The notes under the pieces: generated by a model
The model's database searches: none
The model's input: the letters and a program-made list of their open reading frames with translations, nothing else
What the model was told of the DNA's origin: nothing
Origin: a virus
Lineage: Duplodnaviria > Heunggongvirae > Uroviricota > Caudoviricetes
Length of the DNA: 15,120 bases
Virus record (IMG/VR): IMGVR_UViG_2713896902_000007
Location: 1-15,120 of that record
Direction: 5' to 3' (one strand)
Position numbers and translations under genes: made by a program
Shown: in pieces, positions 1-9,695 of the stretch
Position numbering within the stretch: position 1 is the stretch's first letter
Layout of the letters: every line of letters begins with the position of its first letter

Positions 1-555
1 ATGCTTATTGGCTATGTACGTGTGTCAACAAATGACCAGAACACAGATCTACAACGTAATGCGCTGAACTGTGCAGGATGCGAGCTGATTTTTGAAGACA
101 AGATAAGCGGTACAAAGTCCGAAAGGCCGGGACTGAAAAAACTGCTCAGGACATTATCGGCAGGTGACACTCTGGTTGTCTGGAAGCTGGATCGGCTGGG
201 GCGTAGTATGCGGCATCTGGTCATTCTGGTTGAGGAGTTGCGCGAACGTGGCGTTAATTTTCGCAGCCTGACGGATGCTATTGATACCAGCACACCGATG
301 GGGCGTTTTTTCTTTCATATGATGGGTGCCCTGGCTGAAATGGAACGAGAACTGATTGTTGAACGAACAAAAGCTGGACTGGAAGCTGCTCGCGCACAGG
401 GACGAATTGGTGGACGTCGTCCCAAACTTACACCAGAACAATGGGCACAAGCCGGAAGATTAATTGCAGCAGGAACTCCTCGCCAGAAGGTGGCGATTAT
501 CTATGATGTGGGTGTATCGACTTTGTATAAGAAGTTTCCGGTCGGAGATAAATGA
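1..555 (+). CDS. Serine recombinase / DNA invertase (Hin/Gin/Pin/Cin family), apparently full length
   Basis: 184-aa ORF starting MLIGYVRVSTNDQNTDLQ (catalytic-serine N-terminus typical of the family), resolvase-like core, C-terminal HTH (GVSTLYKKF). Length fits the ~185-195 aa of these invertases. The ATG is base 1 of the window, so promoter and any crossover site upstream are unseen. Confidence 0.9.
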   Translation: MLIGYVRVSTNDQNTDLQRNALNCAGCELIFEDKISGTKSERPGLKKLLRTLSAGDTLVVWKLDRLGRSMRHLVILVEELRERGVNFRSLTDAIDTSTPMGRFFFHMMGALAEMERELIVERTKAGLEAARAQGRIGGRRPKLTPEQWAQAGRLIAAGTPRQKVAIIYDVGVSTLYKKFPVGDK

Positions 556-593
556 AACCGTAGCACGTCGTATGCAAGATCGTGCTGCGGTTT
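554..593 (+). terminator. Stem-loop immediately after the invertase stop codon (putative terminator)
   Basis: aaaccgtagcacg (558-570) pairs with cgtgctgcggttt (581-593) as a 13-bp stem (one G-U wobble) around a 10-nt loop, starting 2 nt after the TGA; the downstream run is only moderately U-rich. Confidence 0.35.
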
Positions 594-612
594 ATGCTTA
601 TCACTTAAAGAC

Positions 613-1482
<870 letters not shown>

Positions 1483-1572
1483 CTAACCCTTTGAATTTAC
1501 ATAGCGCAAAAAGATACCTTTCCTCATAATGTGAGCTAATTTTATGTTTCGTTTGATGATTGGACCGGTCTC

Positions 1573-1597
1573 GAAAACCGTAGGCACGTAGTATGCG
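1573..1597. repeat. Imperfect ~25-bp direct copy of the invertase 3' flank
   Basis: gaaaaccgtaggcacgtagtatgcg (1573-1597) closely matches gaaaccgtagcacgtcgtatgcaag (554-578); a ccggtc motif precedes both (537-542 and 1565-1570). The two copies bracket the GIY-YIG gene. Confidence 0.4.
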
Positions 1598-1788
1598 TTA
1601 ATTTATGAACAAACTACTTGTCTGCTGTTTTTCTGTCATTAGTCGTATATAGAATGATTCTCTATGCCTAACAAAGCATCACCAGTGCTAGATTACGTTG
1701 TAGTCACTGTTTAAATATCCAGATAAAACATTTCCTTCTGGGTTGAATGAGTGATAGAGTTTCACCCATTAGACCCCTTGGAGGAATT

Positions 1789-3222
1789 ATGTCTGAATTT
1801 GAAGTGTTGGCACAGCATCTGCTGAAGGAAGCCGAGGCGGAAGAAAAGCTGCGACAGGAAAATGATAAAAAGCTTATCGAGAAAGTGCTGGAAATCTATG
1901 ATCAGAAGTATGTGGCTGAATTACTGAGAAAAGTCGGAAAAAATGAGTGGAGCCGTGAAACCATTAACCGCTGGATTAATGGCAAGTGTTTACCAAAATC
2001 GTTGACTTCAGTAGAAGAGTCTCTTCTGCGTAAGATGCTACCAGAACCACCTGCAAACCATCCGGAATATGCTTTCCGCTTCATTGACTTATTTGCTGGA
2101 ATTGGAGGGATACGGAAAGGTTTTGAGGCCATTGGAGGCCAGTGTGTTTTTACCAGTGAATGGAATAAAGATGCTGTGCGTACATACAAGGCCAACTGGT
2201 TTAACGATGAACAGGTGCATAAATTCAATCTCGATATTCGGGAAGTCACGCTGAGTGATAAAACCGATGTATTGGAAACGGATGCTTATGCATATATTGA
2301 TGAGCATGTGCCGGATCATGATGTGCTTCTTGCGGGGTTCCCGTGCCAGCCATTTAGCCTTGCTGGTGTTAGTAAGAAAAACTCACTTGGTCGTGCGCAT
2401 GGTTTTGAATGTGAAGCACAAGGAACACTTTTTTTTGACGTGGCACGTATTATACGAGCAAAAAAACCGGCAATTTTTGTGCTGGAAAATGTCAAAAATC
2501 TGAAGAGCCATGATAAGGGTAAAACTTTCAAAGTCATTATGGAGACCCTTGACGAGCTGGGCTACGAAGTTGCCGATGCTGCAGAAATGGGAAAAAACGA
2601 TCCAAAGATTATCGATGGGAAGCATTTTTTGCCTCAGCATCGTGAACGCATTGTTCTGGTCGGATTTAGACGAGATCTGAATATTCACAAGGGGTTTACC
2701 TTGCGTGATATCAGTCGTTTTTATCCGGAACACCGCCCATCATTTGGTGAATTGCTGGAGCCTGTAGTCGATAGTAAATATATACTTACGCCAAAACTAT
2801 GGGAGTACCTTTATAACTACGCCAAAAAGCATGCAGCCAAGGGGAATGGTTTTGGCTTTGGGTTGGTCAATCCTGAGAATAAGGAAAGCATTGCACGCAC
2901 ACTTTCTGCCAGATATCACAAAGACGGATCAGAAATTCTTATTGATCGTGGTTGGGATATGGCAACGGGAGAGGCTGACTTTATGAATGAGAGTAACCAG
3001 GCTCGTCGACCACGCAGGCTGACTCCCCGAGAGTGCGCACGCCTTATGGGGTTTGAAAAACCTGGAGGGAAACCATTCCGTATTCCGGTTTCAGATACTC
3101 AGTCATATCGGCAGTTCGGTAACTCCGTTGTGGTGCCAGTATTTGAAGCCGTTGCCAGACTTCTGGAACCCTATATCCTCAAAGCTGTTTCTGCTGATGC
3201 TGGTAAGACTGGGCAGCCTTGA
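1789..3222 (+). CDS. ecoRIIM: DNA cytosine-5 methyltransferase, Dcm / M.EcoRII family (CCWGG expected)
   Basis: Collinear with E. coli Dcm / M.EcoRII as I recall them: [14 protein letters not shown] (AdoMet motif I), [11 protein letters not shown] (catalytic PC motif), ENVKNL, C-terminal QFGNSV. Preferred start is ATG 1789 (GGAGG at 1780-1784, 4-nt spacer), giving 477 aa; the track start at 1747 has no obvious SD. Confidence 0.9.
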   Translation: MSEFEVLAQHLLKEAEAEEKLRQENDKKLIEKVLEIYDQKYVAELLRKVGKNEWSRETINRWINGKCLPKSLTSVEESLLRKMLPEPPANHPEYAFRFIDLFAGIGGIRKGFEAIGGQCVFTSEWNKDAVRTYKANWFNDEQVHKFNLDIREVTLSDKTDVLETDAYAYIDEHVPDHDVLLAGFPCQPFSLAGVSKKNSLGRAHGFECEAQGTLFFDVARIIRAKKPAIFVLENVKNLKSHDKGKTFKVIMETLDELGYEVADAAEMGKNDPKIIDGKHFLPQHRERIVLVGFRRDLNIHKGFTLRDISRFYPEHRPSFGELLEPVVDSKYILTPKLWEYLYNYAKKHAAKGNGFGFGLVNPENKESIARTLSARYHKDGSEILIDRGWDMATGEADFMNESNQARRPRRLTPRECARLMGFEKPGGKPFRIPVSDTQSYRQFGNSVVVPVFEAVARLLEPYILKAVSADAGKTGQP

Positions 3223-3228
3223 GAACAC

Positions 3229-3251
3229 CTCCCGGCCTTTTAAGCCGGGAG
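3229..3251. terminator. Hairpin between the convergent M and R genes
   Basis: ctcccggc (3229-3236) / gccgggag (3244-3251), 8-bp stem with a 7-nt loop, lying in the 34-bp gap between the two stop codons. No clear U-tract on either side. Confidence 0.3.
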
Positions 3252-3256
3252 TCAGC

Positions 3257-4465
3257 CTATGATAGTTCAGCGTAAAGTTCTATCAGCTCAGTAATGAATG
3301 CTCCGAGCGTTATTAATTCTTCTCTAACTGCTTCTGGGTATTTTTTATGTAAAGTTGATGGTACAACGAGTCTGACACCCGCATCTTTCATTTCTCGGTA
3401 TTGTGCTGAAGAAACACCTTCTTGCAGCGTAAATAAATGTACCTGATGGATTTTATTTGCTTCATTCAGTATCTGACGCCAGCGATCTTTGCAGGTGGTC
3501 TTTACTGCCAGCATACGTAAGTTTTCTACAGGAAATTCAACGTTATGATATGCCTCTGCTGAAGGAAACAGGAAATCTGGTTTTTTATTACCTTCAGTAA
3601 CTGCCTGAGTGGAGAAATGCCGTAGTCCGTGCTCGATAAAAAGCTTCTCTAGGTGAAGTTCAAGTGATTTACCTGCCCTTGATTTACGTCGATTACTGAC
3701 AGAGTTGGCTAATGCAATAAACTCATCTACAGAATCGAATCCTTTCTTAATAATATCAAGAACATGTAATTCCTCGACGAGTAGAAAAATATCATACTCG
3801 ACACGCCGACGGTCAATCAGTTGCTCATCTGGATCCTTGGAGTTTTTAGCATAATGGCCAGCAGCATATTGAATAATTTCGTTTCCAGAAGGAAAACGCT
3901 TCTTCCAGTCTTCAGGAATAACATATTTATGATTTACTGGAGTTTGCTGAAGAGACAATCCGCCCAAAATTTGTCCGGCAGGGCCGGAAATTAGGGTTCC
4001 AGGTATGATTTCGCCAATAGCAGACTCGATGATATCCTCTTCATCGGGATTGACGCAGACCCATATATCTACCTCGGAACAGTCAGTGTTCTGTTCGTTT
4101 AACCTGAAGGCAAGAATTGTGAGGGCTCCTGTATTTTCAGGGTTCTGTAATGGACTTCCTCTCCCCCAGCGCGTAATTCTTTTTTCGTTTCGGGTCTTAC
4201 CAAAATAACGGTTGTTGTAATAAATTGCGCGTGCTTGGGTATCAGGGCAATCATGGGATGATACATGCGCAGTAAGGAAGACTGAAGGGTTCAGTTCGCG
4301 AGTATGATTGATAGATGGAAAAAGCTTTTCAACGATATTTGAGGGGATATAAAGTCCGACCTGATGGCCACCTGTTGCGCCTGTGTCGTTTGCAGAAAGG
4401 CGTTTGATGTAGATAAAGTAATTCCCGCTTGCGATATCAAGCAGCCAGTTATGAAAAACCGACAT
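3257..4465 (-). CDS. ecoRIIR: Type IIE restriction endonuclease, R.EcoRII-like
   Basis: Translation MSVFHNWLLDIA...KRLSANDTGATGGHQVGLYIPS... matches my recollection of R.EcoRII (N-terminal effector domain plus C-terminal catalytic domain) along its length. It is convergent with the Dcm-like methyltransferase, as in the EcoRII system. Start preferred at the second ATG (4465; AAGGG 6 nt upstream); 4471 is the alternative. Confidence 0.85.
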   Translation of the reverse strand: MSVFHNWLLDIASGNYFIYIKRLSANDTGATGGHQVGLYIPSNIVEKLFPSINHTRELNPSVFLTAHVSSHDCPDTQARAIYYNNRYFGKTRNEKRITRWGRGSPLQNPENTGALTILAFRLNEQNTDCSEVDIWVCVNPDEEDIIESAIGEIIPGTLISGPAGQILGGLSLQQTPVNHKYVIPEDWKKRFPSGNEIIQYAAGHYAKNSKDPDEQLIDRRRVEYDIFLLVEELHVLDIIKKGFDSVDEFIALANSVSNRRKSRAGKSLELHLEKLFIEHGLRHFSTQAVTEGNKKPDFLFPSAEAYHNVEFPVENLRMLAVKTTCKDRWRQILNEANKIHQVHLFTLQEGVSSAQYREMKDAGVRLVVPSTLHKKYPEAVREELITLGAFITELIELYAELS

Positions 4466-4540
4466 ATACATCCCTTTGTTAACATACAGTCAGGGTTAAC
4501 ATTTTTCCATAGTTATAGATAAGCGGCTAGGAACTTAAGG

Positions 4541-4573
4541 GAAAAACAAAAAACCCGCATAAGCGGGCTTTTG
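4541..4573. terminator. Short GC hairpin flanked by A-run and T-run (possible bidirectional terminator)
   Basis: cccgc-ataa-gcggg (4554-4567), followed by cttttgtg on the plus strand and preceded by gaaaaacaaaaaa (a U-run when read on the minus strand). Lies between the R gene start and the crr-like repeats. Confidence 0.35.
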
Positions 4574-4856
4574 TGTCACTCGAGAGCCGCGGCTCCTTTG
4601 CGTATCCTTTTTTGTCTCCTCACCGTCTGGTCGGTGTCCTGCTGAGACTGCTAACTTCCTGTTTTTGTTGGTGTTGTCCTTACACCGTCCAATCATGATT
4701 GGTGGGCTGGCGGAGTTTGAATAAATATTATATTGCTTTGATTTTTAACGATTTTGTTTAATTCAGTTTTTGTGCGTATACCTAATCGTATACCAATGGC
4801 TGTAAGTTAATGTGAAATGAAAGCGCATTTTTACTTGGATTGATGCTATATCGTAC

Positions 4857-5164
4857 AGGAAAAAAATTTTTTTTCGAAAGAACTGTTCACACTGTTCACC
4901 CTTTGATTTTATCCTTTTATTTCAGAGTGATAGGTGGTTAATAATGGGTGAAGGGTGAACATTCGATTCTTCACCTCCGGCATTCTGCCGGTGTGACTCA
5001 TACCGGTGATTAATCCCCCGTACTGAAAATCGCACAGGGAGAAAAAAGTTTTTTTTGATTTGATTGTTCACACTGTTCACATTTCGTTTTTCTCTTTTAA
5101 TTTCAGTGTGATAACGAGTGAATATACGGTGAAGGGTGAACAGTGGATTGTTCACCTTCGGGGG
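4857..5164. repeat. crr-like cis replication region: two ~125-bp direct repeats carrying TGTTCAC(C) iterons
   Basis: Repeat 1 is 4857-4980, repeat 2 is 5037-5164, with a 56-bp spacer. Each contains tgttcacactgttcac plus inverted ggtgaaca/tgttcacc copies. This matches the described architecture of P4 crr (two 120-bp repeats about 60 bp apart, type I iterons bound by alpha), and it lies just downstream of the alpha gene. Confidence 0.7.
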
Positions 5165-5173
5165 ATGTCGGGA

Positions 5174-5200
5174 TAAAAAAAAGACCGGCAGATGCCGGTC
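5174..5200 (-). terminator. Rho-independent terminator downstream of alpha
   Basis: On the minus strand: hairpin gaccggca-tctg-ccggtc (5183-5200 on plus) followed by a U8 run (A-run 5174-5182 on plus), about 8 nt after the alpha stop codon. Confidence 0.55.
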
Positions 5201-5207
5201 AGGTGGG

Positions 5208-7541
5208 TCAGGTTGTTGCAGGGTCGTCACATTTTGGCAGCCAGTCGCCGTAGCTTTCCTCTTTCAGTGTCAGGTTGGTCTGTATCCCCTGTTTGGTATG
5301 GCGCTTCTCGTAATTCAGTCCGTATTCCTTCAGCATCACCGGCAGCCCCAGTCCGAACATTTTCAGACTGAGTACGTTCCGGTAGCCGTTTGCCTCCATG
5401 TAGGCCAGATAGGCGTGATAGAGGTATTTACGGTAATTACGCGGGATGATACTGGCGTTCCCCATATACATGCCGCTGGTCTGCGGCAGGGTTTCCAGAT
5501 AGCCGATAAAATCAAACGTCGGGTCGGCATCCCGTTTGATGTTCAGCGCCTCGTCTGAGTTCTGCTGGGACTGAAGCAGTGACCGGGCGAGCATCGGGTC
5601 GCTGAACTTCTGCATCAGGTGACGCACGATGACCGCCAGCTCGCGGGTGATTTTGTCCTTAAGCTGCGGGTCGCGCTCCTGCGGGGCTATCTGTTCCGGG
5701 AAGTGAATAATCACCCGCCGGCGTGACACGCCGCCGCTGCGGTCGGTGAAGCGCATCGGGTTATTGTTCACGGCCAGAATCACCGCCGGGATATGCGTGG
5801 AGTATGCATCCCGGTATTTCGGGTCAACGGACACCGCATCGCCGCCGGTGATGGCCTTGAGTCCGGCACCGTCGCCGCTCCATTTTTCCTGGTCCGGCAG
5901 GCGTATCAGTGAGAAGCCAGTTAACGCGGCACGTTCACGCGGGGATTCCAGCGTCTCAATGGTGGCCGACGTGGCGTTATCCTCCCCGGCCAGCAGGGTG
6001 GCTATTTCGGCCATGATACTTTTGCCGCTGCCGCCGGGACCGGTCACCTCCAGAAAGAGCTGCCAGTCGTAGCGGTTTGCCAGCACCATAAACAGTGCGG
6101 CCAGAATCACGTCGCGTTTTTCCGCACGGCCACCGGCGGCACGGTCAAGCCAGCGCCAGAACGCGGGGGCGTGGGTTTCCAGCGTTTCCCCTTCCACCGG
6201 CGGGGTGAAATCCACATCGCACAGGGTACGCATCCAGTGTGACGGACTGTGCGGGTGGAACGTGCCGTTCTGTGTGTCGAGCACGCCGTTACGAAAGCCA
6301 ATCAGGCGGCGGGAGGGGGCTTCCTGCTGCGGAATAATCAGCTTCAGGGTGTCCACCACGGAGGCCACCTTCCCGGAGGAGAACGGCGCGCGCAGACGCT
6401 GAAACAGCCCGGCCACATCCCGGGCAAAGTCCTGTGGCGGCAGCACCTTCCAGACACCATTTTCATAACGGGACAGAAGCTGGCCGTTGGCATCGACCGC
6501 GAGCGCCTCGCCGTAATGCTCATAGATACGCATGGCCTTTTCGCTGGTACTCATGGCGGAAAACTCCGCTTCGCTCATGGTGTCGAACGGGCTTTCAGCC
6601 GGTGGCCGGATGGCATCGTAAATGGCCTTACGGGTGGCTTCCCCGCCGTACTGCGTGAAGGCATCATTCCAGTCACCGAAGACCGGCGGCAGGGCAACAA
6701 CACCTTCACACGCATCTGCGGCTGCGGCGGCTTTTTTCTGGCCGTCACCGCTGAGGTCACGGTCTGCGGCAAGGACAATCTGACAGGCCGGATGCTTCTG
6801 CCGGGCAAGGCTGGCCAGAGAAAGGAGGTTCACGGAAGAAAGCGCCACCATCACCGTTTCACCGGTCAGGTGATGTACGGTAAGTGCGGTCGCGTATCCC
6901 TCCGCTATCCACAGACGTTTTCCGGCCTGATTCTGTCCTTCAAGGATGTGACAGGTGCCCCTGACCTGCCCGCCTTTCAGGGTGCGCTTACGGCCGTCAG
7001 CGCTGATTAACTGAAGGTTAACCAGTTCGCCGCTGTCGTCATACAGTGGCACCACAAGGTCACCGGCGCGCCAGCTCACGCCACCGGCTCTGTGTGTGCC
7101 GGTCAGCATCCGGCATTCCCGGCCGGGAAAGCCCTTGCGGGTCAGGTAGGCGTTACCGGTTCCGGTACGGGTTTTCGCCATCAGGGTTTGTGCCAGTGCG
7201 GCGGCGTTCTTCCGGGCAGCGTCTGTTTCAGCACCGGCGGCGGCCGTCACTGCCGGGTCAGCCGGGGGCAGGCTGCCGGTCACGGCAGCCACCTTTGTGG
7301 CCGCGTCGGACGGGGAGACACCAAACACCTTTTCAACCAGTTTCAGGCCGTCACCGGCACCACACTGATTGCAGTACCAGGTGCCGCGCCCCTCCCTGTC
7401 ATCAAAACGGAAGCGGTCACTCCCGCCACAGACCGGACAGGGCTGATGACGGTTCTTCAGCACCTGAATCCCCAGCGCCGGGAGAATACGCGGCCAGTGG
7501 CCGAGCGCATGGCTGACGGTGGCGGTTACGTTCATTTTCAT
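5208..7541 (-). CDS. alpha: P4 alpha-like primase-helicase (replication initiator)
   Basis: 777-aa ORF (the length of P4 alpha). N-terminal zinc-finger primase signature CPVCGG...CNQCG, Walker A-like GPGGSGKS in the helicase part. AAGGAG lies 9 nt upstream of the ATG. Flanked by crr downstream and iterons 4.9 kb upstream. Confidence 0.9.
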   Translation of the reverse strand: MKMNVTATVSHALGHWPRILPALGIQVLKNRHQPCPVCGGSDRFRFDDREGRGTWYCNQCGAGDGLKLVEKVFGVSPSDAATKVAAVTGSLPPADPAVTAAAGAETDAARKNAAALAQTLMAKTRTGTGNAYLTRKGFPGRECRMLTGTHRAGGVSWRAGDLVVPLYDDSGELVNLQLISADGRKRTLKGGQVRGTCHILEGQNQAGKRLWIAEGYATALTVHHLTGETVMVALSSVNLLSLASLARQKHPACQIVLAADRDLSGDGQKKAAAAADACEGVVALPPVFGDWNDAFTQYGGEATRKAIYDAIRPPAESPFDTMSEAEFSAMSTSEKAMRIYEHYGEALAVDANGQLLSRYENGVWKVLPPQDFARDVAGLFQRLRAPFSSGKVASVVDTLKLIIPQQEAPSRRLIGFRNGVLDTQNGTFHPHSPSHWMRTLCDVDFTPPVEGETLETHAPAFWRWLDRAAGGRAEKRDVILAALFMVLANRYDWQLFLEVTGPGGSGKSIMAEIATLLAGEDNATSATIETLESPRERAALTGFSLIRLPDQEKWSGDGAGLKAITGGDAVSVDPKYRDAYSTHIPAVILAVNNNPMRFTDRSGGVSRRRVIIHFPEQIAPQERDPQLKDKITRELAVIVRHLMQKFSDPMLARSLLQSQQNSDEALNIKRDADPTFDFIGYLETLPQTSGMYMGNASIIPRNYRKYLYHAYLAYMEANGYRNVLSLKMFGLGLPVMLKEYGLNYEKRHTKQGIQTNLTLKEESYGDWLPKCDDPATT

Positions 7542-7555
7542 GGTGTTGTTCTCCT

Positions 7556-7876
7556 TCAGTGCAGTACCGGCGCTTTTATGTGACGGGCACAGAGTTCATC
7601 CATCACAACCAGCCCGAGAAAGGACAGCGACGGCGCGGCCTTCAGGGGGCCGGATTCCATTAAATCTTCCAGCAGGGCACAGGCTATCTGACGCCCTTTT
7701 TCCTCACCGTGCTGGCGCAGATAAAAGCCTTCCAGCTCAGCGGCGATGGCCGCCTCCAGTGACTCAAGGGTGAGATGCGGGTAGCGGTGCTGACGTTCGC
7801 ACACGGTCAGCCAGGCACAGGCGACAGCGCGACGGTAAAGGGCAGCGCGTAAGACGGGCGGTAAGGGTGTTTTCAT
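7556..7876 (-). CDS. cnr: Small protein immediately upstream of alpha (P4 cnr-like by position and size)
   Basis: 106-aa ORF with SD GGGAGG 7 nt upstream; it occupies the position of the P4 copy-number regulator. Assignment is by synteny and length only. Confidence 0.5.
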
Positions 7877-8011
7877 TTGCTTTCCTCCCTGTGACAGATG
7901 ACTGCATTCCGTGCCGGTTGCATTAACTGATAAGGCATATCTGCGTCTCCTGAAGACGTGCGTATCCCTGCGCGAATACGCACATTTAATTTTTCGGGTG
8001 TCGTTTTTTAA

Positions 8012-8467
8012 TTACAGATAATTGCGGTAACTGTTATCCGGGGTGATTTCCGGGTCAGGCTCCGTGCGGGGAATTTCCCGCCATTCCCGCGCCACCGGTG
8101 CCGCCCGGCTGGCCGGAACAGGGTCCTGCGGGTAAATATCCAGATATTTCTCCCGCCATTTCTGTAATTCCGGGTCTCCGGCCATTTCTTTCAGTACCGC
8201 ATGCCGGTTTACGGGGCTGCGTCTGAACAGGTCAGGACGGTCACAGGTAAATTCCCGCAAAAAACGCCCCAGCGGGATGTCTGTGGTGCGCCCGTCAGCG
8301 AGGATACGCACAAGGATACTGAATTTACGGCGGTACGGGTTCCAGACAATGTCCGGGCAGCGGTACGGCATTTCCCACGGAATACCGTCTTCCAGAATGC
8401 CGACCACGGCCACATCGGGAAAACCGGCAGAACGGTAAATCTCACCGGGCTGGGGAAAATCAAACAT
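8012..8467 (-). CDS. P4 orf151-like hypothetical protein
   Basis: 151-aa ORF in the expected position of the left operon; its start overlaps the end of the preceding gene by 8 bp (8460-8467). Confidence 0.55.
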   Translation of the reverse strand: MFDFPQPGEIYRSAGFPDVAVVGILEDGIPWEMPYRCPDIVWNPYRRKFSILVRILADGRTTDIPLGRFLREFTCDRPDLFRRSPVNRHAVLKEMAGDPELQKWREKYLDIYPQDPVPASRAAPVAREWREIPRTEPDPEITPDNSYRNYL

Positions 8468-8747
8468 GCGTCCTGTCTCCCCGGTCTTTCTGCTGGGCGA
8501 GAAAATCGCGGCACAGGCCTTTGGCTTTCAGCTCATTCAGCACAAAATCAATATCTTCATTCAGGTAACTGAAAATATGCGGAATGTAGAGCTGATGCAG
8601 GCCGGAGAGTTCACGGTGAATCAAATCACCCCCAACAAACTGGGATACGGCGCTGGCGCGGTTGAGCTTATGGTAAGCCTCAATGCTGAGGTGTTCACGG
8701 GCGTCATGACGCGCTGAGACGGTCTGAGGGGCTTTTTTATTACGCAC
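8460..8747 (-). CDS. epsilon: P4 epsilon-like protein (putative helper-prophage derepressor)
   Basis: 95-aa ORF with a GTG start at 8747 (GGGGG 6 nt upstream), syntenic with P4 epsilon. Identity is inferred from position and size; I cannot verify the sequence from memory. Confidence 0.45.
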   Translation of the reverse strand: MRNKKAPQTVSARHDAREHLSIEAYHKLNRASAVSQFVGGDLIHRELSGLHQLYIPHIFSYLNEDIDFVLNELKAKGLCRDFLAQQKDRGDRTHV

Positions 8748-8937
8748 GGGACACCCCCATCACCGGCAGACGGGCAGCAAGGGAGAGCACATAGTCACGG
8801 ACAAGGGAACGGCGGGCACTGCGTTCATCACCGGCGACGGTGCGAAGCATGCAGATACGGGGATGACGGTCTGCGCGACGGACAGCGGCAAACACAAAGA
8901 CAAATTCAGGGTGTGAGGGGGTAAGGGTTGTAGCCAT
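8740..8937 (-). CDS. Small ORF (65 aa) with a strong SD, first gene after the immunity-like leader (kil-like by position)
   Basis: ATG at 8935-8937 preceded on the minus strand by AAGGAGG with a 7-nt spacer; stop at 8740-8742, 3 bp from the epsilon-like GTG. In the track it is the in-frame 3' part of the 211-aa ORF 8740..9375, whose upstream part I consider non-coding. Confidence 0.25.
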   Translation of the reverse strand: MATTLTPSHPEFVFVFAAVRRADRHPRICMLRTVAGDERSARRSLVRDYVLSLAARLPVMGVSRA

Positions 8938-8939
8938 AA

Positions 8940-9232
8940 GGCAGCCTCCTTCGAGTAGCAAATAACTGCTATCGCCGGAGTTCTCACGCTCGATGGCGAT
9001 AGCCCAGACGGGGGTGAGAATACCGGCCTCGAAGAATACCGGCCAGCCCGGAGGCTGCCCCGCCTGAGCTACCATTGACTCAGTGGCATAACATGTGATT
9101 GCGAACAGGATCATACCTGCACGGCAAACCACACGCCACACCATAATCTGGCGCTCTGTGGCGTTGATTGCGACACAAAAAAAGACGCATGGCGCGTCAT
9201 ATGTCGCCTTCGAGTTACACGGGTTCTCACGC
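8940..9232 (-). promoter_or_regulatory. Putative P4-type RNA immunity leader (seqA/seqB/seqC-like complementary elements)
   Basis: Direct repeats ccttcgagt ... gttctcacgc occur at 9207-9232 and 8947-8989. Between them, 9012-9034 (gggtgagaataccggcctcgaag) is complementary to both. 9050-9059 (ggaggctgcc) is the reverse complement of 8940-8949, which overlaps the SD of the small ORF. Confidence 0.35.
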
Positions 9233-9326
9233 CCGGCTGCCGATTTTGCGGCAGCGGAAAAACTATATCCGCAAATGCCGGAAAAAGGCAAGCCAGAAAA
9301 AGGGAGTTTTTGCAGAACAGGCATCA

Positions 9327-9593
9327 TCATGCGTCGTACCCCCGTTTGCGTCCGGCAATGCGCCCGGCCATCCATGCAGTGACTTCAGAGTGCAGCCAGG
9401 CCACATTTTTACCGCCAAGACTCACCTGCGGCGGAAATTCCCCCTTACGGATGAGTTCATAGATGGTCGAGCGTGACAGGCCGCACAGGTGCATCACTTC
9501 CGGCAGACGTAAAAAACGCTCCTGCGTGATGTCCGGCAGCGGAATCAGTGGCGTTACAGGAGCGGGAGACGGGGAAGAAAAAACAGCTTGCAT
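9327..9593 (-). CDS. vis: Vis / AlpA-family DNA-binding regulator (excision and late-control protein)
   Basis: 88 aa, with the characteristic AlpA HTH: [26 protein letters not shown]...NVAW...EVTAWM. It is the first gene of the leftward operon, facing the iteron cluster. Confidence 0.8.
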   Translation of the reverse strand: MQAVFSSPSPAPVTPLIPLPDITQERFLRLPEVMHLCGLSRSTIYELIRKGEFPPQVSLGGKNVAWLHSEVTAWMAGRIAGRKRGYDA

Positions 9594-9695
9594 CGGGCTA
9601 CCTCGTTAATGTCCATACAGCACCGGATAAGTCCGTCCGGCTTCGGGTAGCGCTTTATTTTGTGAATATTTTCAGCAGACGCAACAGGGGGGATT

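Noticed and set aside
2429-2436. T8 run in the methyltransferase gene (and an A8/T8 run at 675-682 in the GIY-YIG gene) as phase-variation tracts
   Set aside because: The T8 run encodes the conserved Leu-Phe-Phe of the family and A/T runs of this length are common in coding DNA; much weaker candidates than the G9 tract in the cargo gene.
3223-3256. Expected vsr-like gene overlapping the 3' end of the Dcm-like gene
   Set aside because: Not present: the methyltransferase is followed within 34 bp by the convergent endonuclease gene, so this is an EcoRII-type R-M pair rather than a dcm-vsr locus.
4600-4760. Possible tRNA 3'-end remnant (att site), e.g. tggtgggctggcggagtttgaa
   Set aside because: It resembles the reverse complement of a tRNA acceptor/T-arm only loosely, and without the target sequence beyond the window it cannot be confirmed.
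4857-5164. Possible CRISPR array (short repeats with TGTTCAC core)
   Set aside because: Only two long imperfect repeats with inverted as well as direct octamers, no regular repeat-spacer periodicity, and an identical octamer cluster at 9871-9977; this is an iteron architecture, not CRISPR.
4922-5558. ORFs 4922..5230 (-) and 5136..5558 (+) in the track
   Set aside because: They run through the crr-like repeats and terminator or antisense to the 3' end of alpha; no SD and implausible composition.
5746-7583. Several plus-strand ORFs (108-253 aa) inside the alpha gene region
   Set aside because: They lie antisense or out of frame within a long, well-supported GC-rich gene and have odd, Arg/Gly/Pro-rich compositions; typical spurious ORFs of GC-rich DNA.
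8740-9375. 211-aa minus-strand ORF between vis and the epsilon-like gene
   Set aside because: It overlaps vis by 49 bp and spans the leader carrying the complementary repeat elements. Only its 3' 65 codons have a good SD, so I treat the rest as non-coding, though a real protein cannot be excluded.
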